The notes under the pieces were generated by a model that had not been told where the DNA came from, did no database searches, and was given only the letters and a program-made list of their open reading frames with translations. 64,000 nucleotides of DNA, taken from Paraspadella gotoi (Eukaryota > Animalia > Chaetognatha). The stretch covers positions 7,698,629-7,762,628 of the forward strand of contig CM119265.1 in assembly GCA_051294375.1 (NCBI GenBank), given 5' to 3'. The position numbers were made by a program, and so were the translations under genes. Position 1 is the stretch's first letter. Every line of letters starts with the position of its first letter. Positions 48,477 to 60,000 of this stretch are shown in pieces.

Positions 48477-50156
48477 TTATTTGGGCAAACAAGTGACGAG
48501 TCCTTCGGGGAAATCCATCGGCAGACAAGTCTTGTTGTCGACCTCGCAGGGATTTACTTCCAATGCGCAGGGATCGAGGTACTGGCATTCCGATCCTGGT
48601 TCAGAGTTGGATTAACATTCAATTTTAGATTAGAATTTATTATGTTTTAGATTAGGTTTAGATTAGATTTAGAGTGCAAATGGGATAAATCATGTTTGAG
48701 AGAGATAAGAAAAAATAGGAAGCAACTTGTGAAACTATAACTATAACAAGTCATAGTTGTTGGGCTTCAAATCACGCGCGATACATCCTCAAACATTATT
48801 AGCGTACGTACCCGTTCGATTCGGCCAACACTTGCACACGTACTGCATCGGATATTGCGAGTTGCTCGAGCAAGGGCAGGAATTGCAACGACCTCGACAA
48901 CCTGAAGAACCCAGAATTCACTGTCAAATAGCAGCCTCCCCCCCCCTCGCATCGCGGTCAACCATCGCCCCAAACCAGCCCCTCCCCCCATATTCGATCC
49001 ATACCTCCCTTTATTTCTCTCCCCCTCACCGTTTCTGTATATCTCGAAAATGATGATGGTGATGACGGCGACGACCGTGAGAAGGACGATGATCAATTGG
49101 ACCAGGATGTGAGGGTGGACGCAGTGGAGGGGATCCCAACACTGTCGTCGAAAGAGAGAGAGAGAGAGAAGGATTGATTATAGATTCTCAATTCCTTTGA
49201 CGACCCTCACCCGATTTCCTCTTTTAACTTACCTTCCGGTTGCAGTAGTAGGCGTGGCGTCGTCGCCGCTTGAAGAGCCGCTTGTCCTCTATCTCGATCG
49301 ACTGGACGTAATCCTTGGCTAATTGGGAGGAAGAGGGGGGCTATCAAAATTTACCGGGTGCCAAAGTTAATTTATCAAATTGATAAAAATTAATAATCGA
49401 ATTTCTTCATCCAGCTTTCTTTTTCTTCCCAATTTGAACTTCGCTCTTCCTCCACCTTCCTCTCGCATCCCGTCACTCCACCCACCTCCGCTACCCTCGA
49501 CCCCCCACCCCCCGCACCCATTCTCACCGACTGGGGTCACGTGACGACGCACGACGACCGACATGATGTTTTCGCTGGAGGCGGCCGACGAGGGTCCTGT
49601 GGCCTGCAATTGAATCGATCATTGGAGCGTCGTCTTTGTAGTCATTGACGTAATTATTACGGTTATTTCCGTCTTCGTTGTCCTTGTTACTGTCTAAGTC
49701 GTCGTTTTTTATTGTCGTTGTCGTCGTCATTGTCGTTGTTAGGGCCATATGAACATTATGCCGTATATATGGAAAAGAGGTTCATTATGCATAATGCATA
49801 ATATTGCATACATATGTATATATATATAACTATATATATCATATTTCCTAAATCATAAATTATCAAATTCATTAGTAAAGACGCCGAACCTGCGACTGCG
49901 GATTCCCCGATCGGCCGCCAGACTTCGTTCCCGACCGTCCACTCCAAGAATCCCGGTTCGATTCCCAGTTCCGGTTTTTTTTTCGTTTCCATGGTTTTTT
50001 GAGGCGGCGAGGAATGAGGGCCGTTTCGAGGGGATTATTGGGCCAGGTCGTTTCCGTGGTGGTGGTGGTGGTTGAAGGATAGTTTGCTGACGAACCATTT
50101 GGAGGGATGGAGTCGTTGCCAGGGTTGTTGCCATCAGAAGGAGACATTAGGTCCAT
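48477..50156 (-). CDS. Type II single-pass membrane protein with Cys-rich/EGF-like ectodomain, 249 aa, 6 exons
   Basis: Exons 50156-49890, 49603-49528, 49318-49233, 49141-49030, 48901-48812, 48595-48477, all phases compatible, AAAAATG start. Basic stretch KRRRR precedes TM ILVQLIIVLLTVVAVITIIIF, followed by CRGRCNSCPC...YVCKCWPNRTGSECQYLDPCALEVNPC...TCLPK*. Confidence 0.8.
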
Positions 50157-53100
50157 TTTTTCGCCGTTAAATTACGTTTTTTTAGTTCAGACGTTGGTTT
50201 TCATATTCGTTTTCTTGGGACGCCGAATTGTTTGACTTGGGTTAAACATTGAAAGCGTCATGATTCGGGGATATTCTCGACGAGCCGCTGGAAAACCCAG
50301 CGGCGTCTTCATTGCAAAATGAACGATGGCTAAATCATCGAGTGGCGTTTAAAATTTGATCTGAAAGAGATGAAAGCAAGATGAAACAGCAGCTGATAAT
50401 AGATGGGTGGAATATATATTTGGTGTTGTCGGAACGAGTAAGAGCGATCAGCTTGTCGACTGAGTCGAAATCAGAACCGGAAGGGTTCGAGTTGAAAGAG
50501 AGAGAGAGAGGCATTGTAAGATGAGGCGAAAGCGGTGTCGTCAAAGAGAAGTCAAAGAGAAGGAAATAAGGAAGGAGTGAAATGAGGAAAGAAAGAATAA
50601 AACACTGACGCAGTGAGGGGTTTACTCAGATCTAGTGTAGGAAGGAAAAAAGAATGAAAGAGTAAGATTACTAAGAAGGAATGAAAGATTTAAGGAGTGA
50701 ATTGTTTAATCAAAGAGTGAAAGAAGGAAAGAAATAATAAAATAGCGAAGGAATGAAAGAAGAAGAGAGAGAATGAAAGAGTGAAGGAGTGAAGGAAGAA
50801 AAGAATGAATGAAAGAGAGAAAAAGTAGAAGAAGGAAAGAAAGAAAGCATGAAGAAGTGAAAAAAAAAGGAATGAAAGAATGAAGGAGTGAATGAAGAAG
50901 AGAGTGAAGGAGTAATACACGCAAAGAAGCAATGAATGAGTCCGGAAGCGAAAGATAAAAGGATAGAAAGACAGAATGAAGGAGTGAAAGAAAGAAAAGA
51001 AGGAATGAAAAGAGTGAAGGGTTTTAGTCTCGGGCTTTGAATTCGTCTCCGCGGAAAATCGGCTTATGTTCGTCGTGTTGCTTCATCGAATCTCCTTCCC
51101 TCGACTTGTTTTCCCGGAACCCTTTTTTTTTTCTTTCAGCATTTTCATAAGGAAAGAAAAAGACAGCGGGGAATAAAAAGAAAACTATTCGCGAATATTT
51201 CGAAGAATTACATATACTTAAATATATTTAAGTTTTTTTTTTTTGTTAAAAGAGCTTCCCGACATTTTTGTTTTTACTTTTTTTTCGCTCAGAAGGTTTC
51301 GGTATAAAGTTAAGTAAAGCGTTCAATTTGTACATTCCGCGAATAATTTGTTGGACTAAAAGTATCGACTTCTGAAGGATAACATAGAACTAACAACTTA
51401 TCCCATTTGCAAATCGTTTAATATTACCGCTCATCAAAGTAAAAAATAGTAATAGAAGCAATGGACGACAGCTCATATAAAAATGATTTCATACAACACG
51501 ACTTGATGCCCACCCAGACCCTCACTTTCAATTTCCTCCGCAATTTGTATCTTGATTTTTTCCGCCTTCAAAAATCGTTTAAAGTTGGATTTAACGTATT
51601 TCCCATTTTCCAGAAGAAAAAAAAAATAATTTTTTTCTCGTAATTTATTAATTTTTTTTTTTCGAGCGACGACTCGTTTATATTTTGATTAATGACGAGA
51701 TTTTTTGACATCCGGACTTTTTACTTCCGTATGAGGGCTTTTTAAAGAACTTTCGAAGGTATGGCAAAGACGATGACGAAGAAGACGACGAAAACGATGG
51801 AGACGAAGATGATAGGAACCAATTTAAAAGTAGGAAATGACGTGAGTCATCAATTTTGTCAAATAGAGTCGACGTCGTCATCGGGAAACCGTAAAAAATG
51901 TTGAGAGAGGTCAAAGATTTTTGAGACAAGATTCGAACGACGTCTGGCATCGTCTCTCTCTCTCTCTCTCTCCCTCTCTCTTTCTCTCTCTCTCTATCTC
52001 TCTCTCATTCTCTCTCACTCTCTCTCTCTCTCACACTTCCTTTCCAGTCCCTCTTCGTCTCTAAATTTCACTTCTTCCTCTCTTTCTTTTTCCTCACAAA
52101 CCCCGTCTTGCTCTTCCTCATCCTCATCCTCCTCCTCCTATTCTTCCTCCTCCTCCTCGCCCGATCTTAAATTCAGATTAATGGCCTCACCTTTCATTAC
52201 TTCTCTTTATCATGTGGCCCCCGACGGCTTTTCCCTCGTCCCCCGTTTGTCTCGTCGTCGTCGTCGTCGTCTTCGTCGTTGTCGTCGTCGTATCAAATCG
52301 GAGTTGCTATCCTCTTCGCATCTCAGAGAAGACGCTTCCCCGATCTGTCTCCCCTATCAAACGTGTAGTATGTAATACTGTATATGTATGTAAGCTAAGC
52401 ATGTGGCATGCTTACTAATAAAAACATATATTGTAAATACGGCAAAGATATTAAATTGTTACAACCAATATAGAAATTATATTTATTTTAAGCCCATATT
52501 CATCGTCTTACCTTTTCGCTTTCTGCTCTTTATCTGGGGGCCCCATTTCTGCCCCATGTCCGACCACCCCCTTCACCTCTCCCCCCTAAACTCGGTACGA
52601 CCCCCACCTCCTCACCCCCCCACGCCTCTCGCCTCCCGTGTTTATTATAAATCTCCTTCTATTACGAGGCCTCTTAATCGGTGGCCTCTCGACCGCGGCG
52701 CTTTTGATCCGACCGTCGCGCAGTTTGAGGCAGGATCACAATCACGCCTCACTCCCGAAGGCAAAGAATCACAAGCATCCCGCCTATCACACCTGTCACT
52801 TCTTTCACTCCTAATACTTTTGCAGCAGCGCGTCTCTTTAGCTTTTACTTAACATCCAAAACCATATACCGTGAAAAAAAAACCATTTTAATCCGGAAGT
52901 GGTAGCTTAGAATTTATCGATTAAATGAATGAGAAAATATTACACTATATTTTAAGTCATTTTATTCGAATTCTAAACATTGGTCTCATTCCTTCGCTTT
53001 CAATCCATCCAACTGTCAGTCACTCCATCAATCCCCAATTTCTCGACACTCCATCAATCCTATCACTCCCCGCCACTCCAGCGCCGCCTAAGCAGAGTCT

Positions 53101-53210
53101 AATCTCCCCTTCATCTATCGGCGTCGATTCGTGAGCTGAATGCCTGATTTGACTTCTTCTTCGTCTCACCGTCTTTTTTTTTCTTCGTTGGCTTCCTCAC
53201 GCTCTCTCTG

Positions 53211-53301
<91 letters not shown>

Positions 53302-53538
53302 GACTATGTAATCTAAAACAACTTGAAATAACTACGAAGCCGAAAGCAACAACTTTGAGACCCAGGAGACAGTGAGAGACAGAGAGACAGAGAGACAGAG
53401 TGAGGACAGCAAAGAGGCTGTTCACTACGAAAAGTAGTAGTACCTTCAAAAACTCAAAAATCTAAAAGCGTTTAAAAAATAATTAAGAAAAACTCGAGGT
53501 GTTAATGAAATTGGTACAACCCATATACATACCCATTA

Positions 53539-53791
53539 CTTGGAATCAGGCGGTCACGGGGTTTGGGATCAAGCGGTCGCGGGGTCTTGGCCTCAGGCGG
53601 TTCCCGGGGTCTTGGCATCAGGCGGTAGTGGGGTCTTGCCATCAGACGGTCGCCAGGTCTCAGCATAAGGCGGTTGCGTGGTCCTGGAATCAGGCGTTCG
53701 CGGGGTCTTGGCATCAGGCGGTCGCGAGTTCTTGGCTTCAGGTGGTCGCGGGGTCTTGGCATCAGGCGGTCGAGGGGTCTTGGCATCAGGC
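53539..53791. repeat. 24-bp minisatellite (ggggtcttggcatcaggcggtcgc), ~10 copies
   Basis: Direct tandem units that translate as GSWHQAVA repeats. Confidence 0.9.
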
Positions 53792-53992
53792 TCGGTTTCT
53801 AAGGAAAAAGTGGGAAGAAGAGAGAAGAGTTCCCTTGTTTATGCTGATCACATCTTTGAATCTCAGAACGAGGTTTTTTTCTATCTCTCTCTCTCTCTCT
53901 TTCTCTCTCACTATCTCCCGCCCTTCTTCGCCCCCTTTTTTCTCGCTCCCCTTTCTTTTCGACTGCGCGCAAAAGCGACTGCAAAACCCTCC

Positions 53993-54071
53993 GACTCATA
54001 GTGAGAGCGAGACGCTCATAGTGAGCGCGAGACGCTCATAGTGAGAGCGAGTCGATCATAGTGACAGCGAG
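53993..54071. repeat. 20-bp tandem repeat x4 (gacgctcatagtgagagcga) with internal palindrome
   Basis: Four adjacent units with no spacers. Confidence 0.85.
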
Positions 54072-54333
54072 AGGGATTGTTGATTGTTTGAAAGGCGAAG
54101 GAATGCGTCGAATGAATTCTGATGTCGCTGGTGAGAATCACTCTCGAGGAAGAGGACGTGCAAAAGAAGGGGGGCGGGTGAGACGTGAATTCACGATGTG
54201 AATCAGAGGGTGAGAGAGTGCGAATGAAAATAAGAGACGATCGCGTAATGAAGCGATAAGCGAACTTCTTATCTCCATCAAGGAGGAAACAATAGACGTG
54301 GGAGGGAATCGCGACAAGGAATTACGGAATCAA

Positions 54334-54459
<126 letters not shown>

Positions 54460-55179
54460 CTGGAAAAAGAGAGAGAAAATTTTAAAAAATGACATGTGTT
54501 TATGTTTTTTTTTGAAAAATCCAAAAGATTGCTAATTCTTCGTGCCCTTTTCAGCTTATCATTGATAAGCAACATTCGTCTCTGTCAAACTAAAAACCTA
54601 AAAACTTATAAACCAAAAAAAACTTAAAAATAAAAAAATAAAAAAATCAGTATCGTTGAAGCCATTTCTCGGAAAAGCTCGACCTCACTCTTCTCCGCTC
54701 ACCGACTCAACCTTGCCCTCTTCGCCCTTCACCTCTTCTTCATTCCCCCCCCACCCCCTTACATCCCATCCCAACTCCACCCGCCACCATCTGGGTTTTT
54801 ACGAGGGTTCTTACCTCGAAAACTCCGTCGTAACTCATCGTCATGTGCGGCGCTTGAATCTGTCACCCGGCAACTTTTTCACCCCGAGACATCGTGAAAA
54901 GGCGCGACGATGACGACGACGATGACGACGACGCCGATGACGAAATTCGGATGTCAAAAGAAAACCCTTTCACTTTTATTTTCTGAAAAAAAGTTGGCTG
55001 AATGATACTATGAAATTTTTATATAACTTTAGTAGAAAGAAGCACAAGCACAAACAAGCACAAGAAGAACATTTCTTATTCTTAACTGAGCGAACAAAAA
55101 AAAATCCTTTCGACAGACGTAATATTGATAATTGTATAAATCTTTACAATCTTCATTATAATTATCGCCATACTTTGGC

Positions 55180-55397
55180 AACGGGGAGACATTTGTCATG
55201 CCCGGGGTGTGAGGCATCTCACGACACATGGCGCTGAGGGCTTTGAACCTGCACTTACCAGTGACCACCCAATGTCAAGGGCGTGCTAATGCCAACGCCA
55301 TCACACTTAACAAGCGTGACCGTGGGGGTTTGAACCCGGAACTCACGGTTGGAGTACAAGCCAATGGGACGAACTGAGTTTTACCAAGCTATATAGG
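55180..55397 (-). mobile_element. Possible tRNA-derived SINE
   Basis: The minus strand has A-box-like TAGCTTGGT and B-box GGGTTCAAACCC, followed by a GC-richer body in AT-rich context. No clean cloverleaf. Confidence 0.35.
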
Positions 55398-55708
55398 AGA
55401 CGATTTTAGTATTCGCCACAATATCCTTATTATAAATCAAGACCCGTTCGATTTGGAGCTTTGTCCTAAACTTAAACCAAAAAAGCACTTTACGTTAAAT
55501 TATTGAAATACAATTCGACGGTAGAAAGTTTAGTTTCCGTAAAAGCCGGTCTACATTTGGGGAAAAGTAATATGGCTATACAAGGGATTAAAACAATTTT
55601 TAAAAAAATTTACGAAGAAGCGAATAAAATGAAACAAGATTAACAAGTTATTCATCATCTTAACTAAAAAAAAACCTTCGCAATTTTTTTTCCATCGGAA
55701 ACATAAAA

Positions 55709-56708
55709 ATGACGCCGTCCCGACGCCGACCAAAGATTCCATCCCTCATCTTCTCCGGCGTCGTTTCGGCGCTGGCGGCGCTCGCTACGGCGTCGCTGGT
55801 CAGCGCTGTCAACCCGTCCCTCCAGTCTTTGACCACGTTCTACGTCAGCGCCGCCTGTCGTTCCGCCGATGAATCGCGCATCGTTTTCCCTCGCTCTCTC
55901 ATCACCGTCTACGGGATAGCGCACTTTGAGGGCGGCGTCAGGGGCGTGGCTTCCGGCGACGCCCGCTGCTTGTTCGTCACGCGGTCGCCCGATAATGATA
56001 CGACGTTGACGACGAAAGTGAAGACGGAGAGAGGGGGGAAGATCAATAGGGTCAGGATCCTAAAGTTTTGGCGGTGAGTTGAGAGAGAGAGACACACAGA
56101 GAGACAGACAGAAACGAATAACGTGTCCAGTGTCCACCATCTCTCCCTATAAAGAACTCCACCTATGCCCGCCATCGACTCCGAAACTCTCAAACGAGGA
56201 CGCCCGCGCCGCCTTCGTTTCCGCCACCGCAAGAGTCTCAACGCCTTCGAGGAGCTCGACGAGGCGGAGACGGCGGCGGCGGCGGATAAGCCGTTTCTTC
56301 CCGGCGTCGGTTCCGCCTTGGATTTTCAAAACGTGCGCGACGATCTGAGCCGCGACAAGCGGTTCAGGCGCAGTAGGCGTGGCGGGCGACAGGGCCGCGT
56401 CAGGCGAGCGCTCTACTACGAGATCGAGGATCTGGCATTCACGATCGCGTCGGAGAAAATGTCGGGCGACTGTTTTCAGTGCGACGGGAGATGCTTGCCG
56501 AAGGTCGAAGGGTTTTCATTGTTGATGTTTTGTTGGTTTTCCTTTACGTTCGCGGTTTGCTATTGAGTCTGCTAGTGTAGTGATCTTGGTTGCTGTTGTT
56601 TACAGTGTTTATTGGAATTATCAAGTGCTTATAACGTTTAAAATGAGAGAAATTCTACTCATCGTTAATTTAAAGTTTGAAACAATCGGGCCAACCATCT
56701 TTATTTCT

Positions 56709-56746
<38 letters not shown>

Positions 56747-56750
56747 TCCT

Positions 56751-56803
<53 letters not shown>

Positions 56804-56985
56804 CTCTCTCTCTCTCTCTCTCTCTTCTCCTCCATCTTCTCTTCTCTCTCTCTCATCTTTTTCTTTCTCTTTCCATCTTTCATCAGACGGTCATATGTAA
56901 TCACATCTACGACTGCAAAGACAAATCCGACGAAATTGATTGTCCCGACGGCTTGCCCGTGCTTGTTGAATCGGCCTTTATCGAA

Positions 56986-57037
<52 letters not shown>

Positions 57038-60000
57038 AGAGAGAGAGAGAGAGAAAGGGAGAGAGAGAGAGACGAGAAGAGAGAAGAGAGAGAGAGAGAG
57101 AGACCAGTATTTATTTCGCCATCTTTTCCAGACAACGCGTTCCTGAAAGCGAAGCGCTATTGCAAGCCCGAAGTCTACCAATCTTGCTTAGATCTTGCAG
57201 AGTGTATGGAGGAAGAGAGTTGCAGAAGCTTTGCGGATGAAAAGGGGCTGGAGGAGGCGAATAAAAAGTTGAAGGAGTGGAAAGGTGCGGCCGGGGGTGT
57301 TTCCTGGGGACGAGGGTGGGGACTGGCGTGGAACGGATAAGACGGTCGGACTTACAGAAGAGAGTTAATATAAAGAAGGTTAATTTCGTATTGGGTTTGC
57401 CAATTTTTACAACTTTTAACAACATTTTTAGAAAATTGTATTTCGTTTACACCTCTTCTCTCAATTCAAAGAAATGCCCTGCGATATCCGTAGCAAAACG
57501 ATCTCAAACGCAACAAACCTGAATCCCAAAATCTCCCCACGACCTCAGAGAACTTTCCCTGCGGCGAGTCGCCCTGCAAAGATACCGGCGAAGGCCAGGG
57601 CCTCGACGATGCGTTTGGCGTCAATAAACAGGAAGCCTACTCCGATTGGGTCATCCCCTTCATCGCCAGCTTCATCTGCTTACTCCTCGCCGCAACCGCT
57701 GTCACCCTCGGCCTACTGCTGTGGCGTCGGCGTCGGCGACGCGAGCGTCAAATCGCGGAAAGCGGCGAAGGCGGCGAAGGAGGCGAAGGCGGCGAAGGCG
57801 GCGAAGGCGGCGAAGGCGGCGAAGGTGGAGGAGGAGAAGCCGGAGAAATTAAAAAATCTTTGACGGTAGATGGCGTTTACGAAAGGGTTATTTTTAGCTG
57901 TGGGGATTTTTTGACCTATTTTTCCAAGTCGGGATTTTTTATATTTAATGATTTGATTCCCTTTTAACTACGTAGAATAATTTGTCAAGGACGTTCGCTA
58001 GTTTGTTCTTTAAATGAAATTGACGGATTGTGGGTCAGGTGGTAGTGGACGCCAACACCAACCAGAGCAACAGCGCTCTAGCGATGGAGTTGGGCCCGTT
58101 GGACGACTTTGGCGTCGGCGTCGGCTGCGGCGGATTCGATGCTGCGCTGCCGCCCGATCGCGGATTTGAATTTGACGAGAAGCTGAGGCGGGAATTCGTT
58201 AAAACTGGTGGGGAAAGTCGGAATAAGTTTATTTTAGAGGCCTAGCCTTTCTTTCACCGGAGTTCTCTTAAATTATATGAAATTGGTACAACCAATATAA
58301 AAATTATCCATTCATTTAATAAATAAGCTATCTTGCCCCTGACTTTGGACAGGCTTTGGTGGTTTAAGGCCTCCATCACTCTTACAAGATAATGACATAG
58401 CAGGTCCCTGCAAGCTTTCAATCAAGACTCTCTCACAGTCTCGCCTATTCACTCCCAGAGTACCTGGCTTCCCTATCAATGAAGTGGAAAATATTTCAAA
58501 GAATGTTTCAATTGTATGAAAAGACCACTCCCTTAAGTATTATTACAAAGTATTAGGTTTATTTTGAGAATGTAATTTCTGTGTGATATGTTTAAATAGA
58601 TTTTTTCACCGAAAAATATCAATCTAACTAATCACGGAGTTCGTATTTCATTTCGATTCATTTCGATCTTCCCGCTCGTCAAAAAGATCGAGAGAAGCTG
58701 GGATACCTCGGATCGGAGACTGCGAGGATCGTCGTGGGCAGCGCCGTCGGTTGTCCCGTGCCGCTCTCGTTGTGGAGGGACTTCACGGACACTAAAGAAG
58801 TCGATCCGGTGAGAGGAGGAAGAGTAGGAAGAGGAAATGAAAAACTCTGACATCCTTGTGATCTGTCGTCGTCGAAGGCGATATAAACGACCCAAGAGTT
58901 CCTTCAAGCGTACGCCCGCCTCTCCCCGCTCCCCAGAACCGACTGACCCTCATCGACCTGTCTCTCTTCGTGATGGAGCACGCCGATCCCGGCCTCGATG
59001 TGGAGAAGGTCGCTCAACTCTTTCGTCGAGATTATCCTCCCGGCGTCGAACACGACGACGTCCGCGCCGCTTTCGCCATCGCCTGCCAAGACGGCGCCTT
59101 TTGTCGCCTCCAAGAGCTCGAGGACGTCTTCGAGCTGCTGCAGCGGCGGCGGACCGAGAAGGGTCGGCTGCGGCGCTCGGTGAAGGCGGGAAGAGCGGCG
59201 GTGAACGAGAACGCGGCGGCGGCTGCGGCTGCGGCGGCGGCTGGAGTCGGCGATCGGACGCTGATGGAGGAAGAAGAACGTTTTTTCGGTCGTTTGTTTG
59301 TTTTTTTTGTTTGCTCTTTCATTTTCTAAATCTTTTATAATTTGAATCGTGACGCAATTTGAATATCTTTATAGCGAGGACGCCGTCTCGGCCGACGACT
59401 CCCCGACCGATGACGACGACGACATCGATTTTACCGAAAGCGCCGGCGGCAGCGGCGCCGATCGTGGCGGAGATAGATTTCGGCGAGGCGTTGGGCGCGT
59501 TGGGCGCTTTGGGCGCTATCGATGCGGTGGAAGCGGTTCCCGTAGTCGGAAGGAAGAGTAGAGGGTGAGGAAAATTGACGAGTCATGGAGGACGATACGG
59601 AGAAAAGATTTCATCAATTTGTCGAGAAGAAATTAGAATGTCAAATGTTTGTTATCTGTATTCGTTTATCTCGGTCGACGAGGAGCAACGAGGAGGAGAA
59701 GCTTCGACGGGCGCTCGCAGCCGCGGATTATCAGAACGAGAAAAGTCGAAAGAATCTCGAAAGTGATTTAGATTTCAATTTTTTTTATTTTTTTTTATGA
59801 CATTTGAAAAAAACAAATTTGATAACAAAATGAAAATGAAAGAAGCAAGCTAGCATACTCGAAACGACAGCGTTCCTTAATTTCCGAATCCCACCTTCTT
59901 TGACTTACTTCCGCTCAGTCGCCCTCGACGAATTTAACTCTTCAACTCCGGCCAAAAAGTCCGCGCAGACTTCCCCGTTGGCGACGGAGGCGGAGGCGAA

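Noticed and set aside
49883-49983. Vault/tRNA-like Pol III candidate (GGTTCGATTCCC B box, then a T9 run)
   Set aside because: No convincing A box or cloverleaf, and it lies antisense within coding exon 1 of the EGF-like gene.
53539-54071. CRISPR-like array or WHQA-repeat protein
   Set aside because: Repeats are contiguous with no unique spacers, there are no cas genes and the context is eukaryotic. The ORF lacks credible start or splice support.
57474-57863. ORF-track peptides with AAK or poly-Arg repeats
   Set aside because: Wrong frames. The third frame gives the TM helix and GEG repeat and fits both splice phases.
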